Part shown: piece after piece, positions 58,677-64,000 of the stretch
Numbering within the stretch: the stretch's first letter is position 1
How the letters are laid out: every line of letters starts with the position of its first letter
NCBI GenBank assembly: GCA_963555825.3
Contig: CAUVXB020000001.1
Location: 2,176,001 to 2,240,000, forward strand
DNA length: 64,000 nt
From: Alphaproteobacteria bacterium
Lineage (GTDB): Bacteria; Pseudomonadota; Alphaproteobacteria; JAAXGF01
Direction: 5' to 3'
Made by a program: the position numbers and the translations under genes
Notes under the pieces: model-generated
The model's database searches: none
Seen by the model: the letters and a program-made list of their open reading frames with translations, nothing else
What the model was told of the DNA's origin: nothing

Positions 58677-59904
58677 GTCATAAGCACGCGCTCGAGGCGC
58701 CGTGGCTATAGCGGGTTTTCCCGATCCTCGGTTCGACCGATTTTGCATTACGTCACTTACACTCCGCCAAACTCGTGAACGCCTTGTTTTCGTCGGCCTA
58801 GGCCGTCGCGGGCCTGCGATAGGTTCCGCCATGTCTCAGAAGCGCCCAGGCAATGCGGGCGTTCTTGTTGGCCAGCGCCACGGCCGCGACCTTGGTCGGC
58901 TTGTCGGCGATGATGTTGGCAAGCCATGGATCGGTCGTGCCGCGTCGCTTGGCGTGGCGGATGACCGTCATGGCGCCGGCGACCAGCAGCCAGCGCAGGT
59001 ATTGATCGCCCTGCTTGGAGATCCGCCCCATGCGCTCCTTGCCACCGGTCGAGTTCTGTCTTGGCACCAGCCCGATCCAAGCGGCCATTGAGCGGCCCGA
59101 TTTGAAGATCGACGGATTGGCAATCGAAGATGCCAGCGCGCTCGCCGTGATCGGTCCGATGCCGGGTGTGGTTTCGAGACGCAGGCTCTCTTCGTTCGTC
59201 CGGTGCCAGGCGTGGATACGCCTCTCAGCGCCGACGATCTCCCGCTCCAGCGACAGCAACTGCCGCGCCAGCCCTTCCAGGCAAGTCCGCGCCAGGGGCG
59301 GAATGCGCTCATCCGCCTCATCGCTGATCACCGCGAGCAGCTCCTTGACCTGCGGCAACCCGGTTCGCGCCACCACCCCGAACTCCGCCATGTGCGCCCG
59401 CGTAGCGTTGACCAGCATGGTTCTCTGGCGGACCAGAAGCTCGCGCGTTCGGTGCAGCATCAGAACGCTCTGCTGCTCGACGCTCTTCACCGCGACAAAG
59501 CGCATCGTCGGGCGCGTGACGGCCTCGCAAATAGCCTCCGCATCGGCAGCGTCATTCTTGTTCCGCTTCACGTAGGGCTTCACATAGCGCGGCGGCATCA
59601 GCTTGACCTCATGCCCAAGCGCCGCGATCTCCCGCGCCCAGTAATGCGCGGTCGCACATGCCTCCATACCAACCAGGCAGGGCGGCTGTTTCTCGAAGAA
59701 GGCCAGCACCTGACGCCGCCTCAACTGACGGCGGACGACCACGGTTCCCTCGGCGTCAACGCCATGCACCTGAAATACGTTCTTCGCAAGATCAACACCG
59801 ATCGTGATAACTTCGTTCATGGACGGCTCCTATTTCCCTGTGGTTCATCGAAACCACCATTTTGGCACCTAGATGCCTGCGGGTGGGAGCCGTCCACCGC
59901 ATCA
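57731..59904 (-). mobile_element. IS110-family element, IS1111 group
   Basis: Sub-terminal IR GTGGACGGCTCCC at 57734-57746 and 59885-59897; long 3' non-coding region; CA core at both ends. Confidence 0.88.
58798..59820 (-). CDS. IS110/IS1111 DEDD recombinase
   Basis: GVDLAK, MEAC, KNDAADAEAI, PGIGPITA, GLVPRQNSTGG. Confidence 0.96.
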   Translation of the reverse strand: MNEVITIGVDLAKNVFQVHGVDAEGTVVVRRQLRRRQVLAFFEKQPPCLVGMEACATAHYWAREIAALGHEVKLMPPRYVKPYVKRNKNDAADAEAICEAVTRPTMRFVAVKSVEQQSVLMLHRTRELLVRQRTMLVNATRAHMAEFGVVARTGLPQVKELLAVISDEADERIPPLARTCLEGLARQLLSLEREIVGAERRIHAWHRTNEESLRLETTPGIGPITASALASSIANPSIFKSGRSMAAWIGLVPRQNSTGGKERMGRISKQGDQYLRWLLVAGAMTVIRHAKRRGTTDPWLANIIADKPTKVAAVALANKNARIAWALLRHGGTYRRPATA

Positions 59905-60467
59905 CTAGCGGACATTCGCACGGGACGCCGCAGAGCGATGATTGCTCCTCGAATCACATCGGCGTCCGCCCTCGCTGACGACGATGAAGGGTGCCAAGAA
60001 CATGGGGTGGGTGAAGTAGTTTTTGCCCTCGGTCTCCATCATCGACAGCACAGAGCAACGGAACGACCTCATGGGTTCTCCTCGGTATGATTAGTGCGGA
60101 TCGCCGCAGCGCGGGCTTCCATATTGGCCGCTTCTGATCCACGGTCGGTCTCTCGTAGCAGGGTGGCGTTTTCGTCGCGATGGACCCAACCCGGAAGTCG
60201 GCATCGCTGCCACTGGGCATTCTCAACGTCGTGCAGTAGCATCGAACAAATCGTTTAATTACTTATCAACCTTGCTGCATAATTTGAGTTCGTAACTCGG
60301 ATTCGGCTTGGGCCGAGATCGGTTTTGCCGCCGACGTTGAACGCACCAATGCTGAAATCCTGCCGCACATTCTGACGGCGGAAGGCGACCGCGGTGCGGT
60401 AATGACGATCAAGCAGTACAGGGGCGAGACAATATGGCTGTGACTGGCATCGAAGCAATACCACTCC

Positions 60468-61592
60468 CTAGTGTCCCGATTCCGAAGTTCGCATGATTTT
60501 CGCCTGCTGTTCAGCGATTTCGATTGTTCGGAGGCAGAAGCGCTGGATGGCGCCGAGGATGTCATCGGCGGATTTGGTCCATTTGAAGGGTTTGGGGTTC
60601 TGGTTTGTCGTGTCGATGTAGTCGAGGATGGTGCGCTCCAACTCCTTGGTGGAGCGATGGACGCCGCGCCTGATCTGCTTGTCGGTCAGCAGCCCGAACC
60701 AGCGCTCGACCTGGTTCAGCCAGGAGGCGCTGGTGGGTGTGAAATGGGCCTGCCAGCGCGGCCGTTTGGCGAACCAGTCGCGGATCGCCTTGGTCTTGTG
60801 GGTCCCGTAGTTGTCCATGACGATGTGGATGTCGAGATCAGCAGGGACGTTCGCCTCGACGAGGTCGAGGAATTTGCGGAACTCTCGGGCCCGATGGCGC
60901 GGGAAACATTTGCCGATGATCTCTCCCGTGGCGATGTCGAGGGCCGCGAAGAGAGAGGTCGTGCCGTGGCGCTTGTAGTCGTGGCTGCGCCGCTCCGCCT
61001 GCCCGGGGCGCATCGGCAAGAGGGGCTGGGAACGGTCCAGGGCCTGGATCTGGCTCTTTTCGTCGACACAGAGAACCAGGGCACGATCCGGCGGCGCCAA
61101 ATACAGACCGACGATGTCGCGGACCTTCTCCACGAAGAAGGGATCGCTCGACAGCTTGAAGGTCTCCGAGCGATGCGGCTGCAAGCCGAAGGCCCGCCAG
61201 ATGCGATGAATGGTCGAGGGCGCGTGGCCGCTCGCCCGCGCCATCGAGCGAAGGCTCCAATGGGTCGCGTCCGGCGGCGTCTCTTCCAGCGTCAGCCGGA
61301 CCGCTTCCGCGATGGCGTCATCGCCGATTTGACGCGGCGCGCCGGGGCGGGGTTCGTCGTACAGACCGTCGAGGCCCTCCGCCGCATAGCGGCGACGCCA
61401 CTTGCCCACGGTGTCCGCGCTCGCCTCGAGACGAACGGCGATCTCCTTGTTCTCCAACCCTTCCGCCGCCGCCAAGACGATCCGAGCCCGCCGCGCAAGC
61501 CCCTGCGACGTCTTGCGACGACGAGACAGCGCCTCCAATTCGGCGCGCTCGTCATCGCTCAAAGAGATCGTCACCGCCACTCTCGCCATCAA
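60468..61592 (-). CDS. IS630 transposase
   Basis: N-terminal [31 protein letters not shown]. Confidence 0.95.
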   Translation of the reverse strand: MMARVAVTISLSDDERAELEALSRRRKTSQGLARRARIVLAAAEGLENKEIAVRLEASADTVGKWRRRYAAEGLDGLYDEPRPGAPRQIGDDAIAEAVRLTLEETPPDATHWSLRSMARASGHAPSTIHRIWRAFGLQPHRSETFKLSSDPFFVEKVRDIVGLYLAPPDRALVLCVDEKSQIQALDRSQPLLPMRPGQAERRSHDYKRHGTTSLFAALDIATGEIIGKCFPRHRAREFRKFLDLVEANVPADLDIHIVMDNYGTHKTKAIRDWFAKRPRWQAHFTPTSASWLNQVERWFGLLTDKQIRRGVHRSTKELERTILDYIDTTNQNPKPFKWTKSADDILGAIQRFCLRTIEIAEQQAKIMRTSESGH

Positions 61593-61649
61593 TCGCGCCT
61601 CCTAAAAACAAATAGAGACATAATCATATCAATTTATCGATCAGGACAC
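60471..61649 (-). mobile_element. IS630-family element
   Basis: Ends GTGTCC/GGACAC; TA duplicated at 60469-60470 and 61650-61651. Confidence 0.93.
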
Positions 61650-63185
61650 TAGGGTGATCGCCGCGTTGATCGCCTCGGCGCTTTATGTAGCAACTTATCT
61701 ATCCTTCGTCCGCCTCTTGAGATATCCACGGAACTGGTATCCGCCCAGCTTACGCGCGTCCCTGACGACAGGAGTGCTCGCGGCCCTTACAGTAGCGCTG
61801 GTATCGCTGTCGCCCGATGGCCTCGACCGTGCCGCCCTGGCCGTCTCGGTCGGTTTTATCGTCGTCTTGTTTTACATAATAGCGGCCCCTGCGCTCGCCT
61901 TTTGGCCGGCCTCCGGATTGGCCAACCGGGCGGTAGAATTCTTGGCGAAACACTGCAACTACGCTGGGCTGTGGCTGCTGGGTCCGGCCTTCTTCGCGGG
62001 ATTGGCGATCTCAAACATCAAACTCCAAGCGTTCCTGGCAACCGCAATGGCAATCGAACTAACATGGTTCCTTCGTCAGCTTTGGGTCGGTCGCCAACAG
62101 CGCCGTCTTTATCCCCTAACCAATAACGACCTGTCGGTCCTGGAGACCTAGGCGAAGGGCGATCTTGCGGCATTCCGGCAACGCCATGACATCCGCGAGC
62201 TGGTGCTGTCAAAGGACGCCGTCGGTTGGAAAGGGTGTGGGAAAGGGACGCCAGCCTGTCCACTCAATCTCTACGTCAACCGTCTCGGTCTCAACACTGC
62301 GCCCTGCTGCCGTGATCACATGAAGGATCTTAGCCATTATGTCGCCGCCTGCTTGGTCGAAATGGGTGTCGTGCATTGGCTGGAGGGGGGCAGCCTTCTT
62401 GGGGCCGTACGGGAGAGCGGAAAGCTTCTCGATTGGGAGGACGACATCGACCTCTCGGTTCTGCTCGACGATGACACGACCTGGGAGCGGTTGACGGCCG
62501 AATTCGTAGAACGCGGTGCGCGGGATGGTTACAATGTCGACCTTTTCGACAAGAAAGGCTTCGTCTCGATTTCATTCGATCCGCCAAAACGATGGCCCTT
62601 CCGGTGGGAGCGCAATCGCCTGCGTGGCGAAATCCGAGCCGACATAATAATTTACCGACGGGCGATCAGCTACGGTGAAACCGTGCTCGAAAGGCGGAGT
62701 CACAAGGGCGCCATGCCGGCCACCGAGAGCGGCGGTTATGGCGTACCGCTGGAAATCGTCTTACCTACATCGACGGTCCCCTTTCTCGGCGGAGAAATTG
62801 CCTGCCCGAACCAATCCGAAGCTTACTTACGGATGTTGTACGGCGACTACAGTAAGGTCGATTATACCTATGTCGATTCGGGACCGGCCAATGCTCGCGC
62901 AAGAATAAACCTTGCCTATCCGGTTATCACCCACACCCACTATATGTAGTGTGCACCCATTTTCCTGAGTAAAGCTCGGTGCAGGTCGAAGCGGAGATAT
63001 CTCCGGCGATGCCGAGCAGGGACTCGGACGGCATTGTAGCGGCTTTTAGGCGACACTTTAGCGTGGTGGAAATCCTAATCATTGAGTCGGATTTGGCAAA
63101 ACGCCACGTTGCATAAAGGACCGTCACTTCATTGAAATTTATCTGAAATCGGAGGTGAACGACACCGATGGAATATTCCAGGAAA

Positions 63186-63494
63186 TCAGAGCTTCATTGA
63201 ATTGTAGGATTCGAGTGCCGGATTATTCACAAATAGCTCTGTGAACTGGTTTTCAAGTTCGCTCAATACGTCATATGGAGTAAACGGATTGAGGATCACG
63301 TTCTTGCGTGTCGCTTCGTCTTCGCTGCGACTCAAAACGCGCAGGAGACTAACAGGCGCGGACGGGTTCTTCGCAACGATTCGTGCCAGCGCGTCGCTTT
63401 CTTCGACTAGTGCCGTCAATCGCTCAGACGATGTCGTTTCATCAGCAGCTTCCCGTCTGGCCGTGGGTTTCTTCGTTTTTCCCTTGGTCGCCAC
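63186..63494 (-). CDS. Short HEAT/LRV-repeat-like protein, possibly truncated
   Basis: VAKNPSAP..LLR.L and VILNPFTP..VL..L repeats. Confidence 0.55.
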   Translation of the reverse strand: MATKGKTKKPTARREAADETTSSERLTALVEESDALARIVAKNPSAPVSLLRVLSRSEDEATRKNVILNPFTPYDVLSELENQFTELFVNNPALESYNSMKL

Positions 63495-63564
63495 CGTTCC
63501 GTCCCCCGATGTTAAGTACGTGACGTGAATTAAACTCCGGTTCGGTTTTCAGAACAATCAAGAA

Positions 63565-64000
63565 TTAGCCGGATCGCCTCCTCAATGCGCCTGCGCCGGC
63601 CCTTGCCTGCAGTCCAAGGAGACACACTACATATAGTGGGTGTGGGTGATAACCGGATAGGCAAGGAATAAACATTATCGGCGATCCACCAGTCCAATAG
63701 TCAACCGCAATATCGTTCGTACGGCAGACGTGCCGAACATCATCTCCGGTACCGTGAAAGTATTGACTGTAATAGTCTCTCCACTTGCCCACCCCACCGG
63801 AGTTGCAGGGTGCGAAATAGGGGCAGGTCACCGGCTTAAATGTTGCCGCAGGCGTATGATGGAGTTTCTCGGACGACTTCTCTGCTGGCTCGGGTTTCAC
63901 GACTACCGGGTGGTTGACGCGAACTTCAGCTTCGGCGCCGGCGGCGGGGTCGAAACGGTGGAATACCGGCGCTGCGGCGGCCGGGTGACGCGCCACGGCA
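63565..64000 (-). CDS. Hypothetical protein, probably the 3' part of a gene starting outside the window
   Basis: Open frame of at least 143 codons; no recognised motif. Confidence 0.35.
   Translation of the reverse strand, partial: AVARHPAAAAPVFHRFDPAAGAEAEVRVNHPVVVKPEPAEKSSEKLHHTPAATFKPVTCPYFAPCNSGGVGKWRDYYSQYFHGTGDDVRHVCRTNDIAVDYWTGGSPIMFIPCLSGYHPHPLYVVCLLGLQARAGAGALRRRSG

Larger units (their letters stand above)
60434..62949 (+). pseudogene. Membrane-anchored LicD/FKRP-like phosphotransferase split by IS630 and an in-frame TAG (62149-62151)
   Basis: [12 protein letters not shown] joins in frame to RVIAALIAS after IS removal; ET*AKGD stays in frame into WLEGGSLLGAVR...DWEDDIDL. Confidence 0.85.

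Noticed and set aside
57684-58832. 382-aa repeat-protein ORF
   Set aside because: Translation of the amplified non-coding IS end; not a credible gene

Overview
High-GC alphaproteobacterial chromosome segment (Rhodospirillales-like gene order; taxon inferred). The conserved backbone is intact: aspartate aminotransferase, msrP, uvrB, ymdB-ygfA-ssrS-zapA, tkt-gap-pgk-fba-thiE-efp-suhB and a motA/motB-like pair. It is interleaved with accessory genes, many damaged by frameshifts, stops or IS insertion. Mobile DNA comprises two IS1380 copies, IS256, IS630, an IS110/IS1111 element and several MITE/REP-like repeats. The best candidate for an undescribed system is at 23.7-25.4 kb: four tandem units, each bracketed by inverted CACGCGGAG(A/G)CGCGGAG repeats. 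One unit carries a GxxExxY (PD-(D/E)XK) nuclease-like gene, one a GNAT cargo gene, one an internally deleted copy of the nuclease gene, and one is empty. Other highlights: an IS1111 element with readable bridge/seekRNA guide segments and a scrambled amplification of that RNA region (possibly an assembly artefact); a disrupted FKRP-like zinc-finger LicD transferase; an IS1380 that splits the predicted 6S RNA promoter; and a PNPOx-PNPOx-MOSC-FNR-ferredoxin fusion. All calls are by eye; no searches were run.
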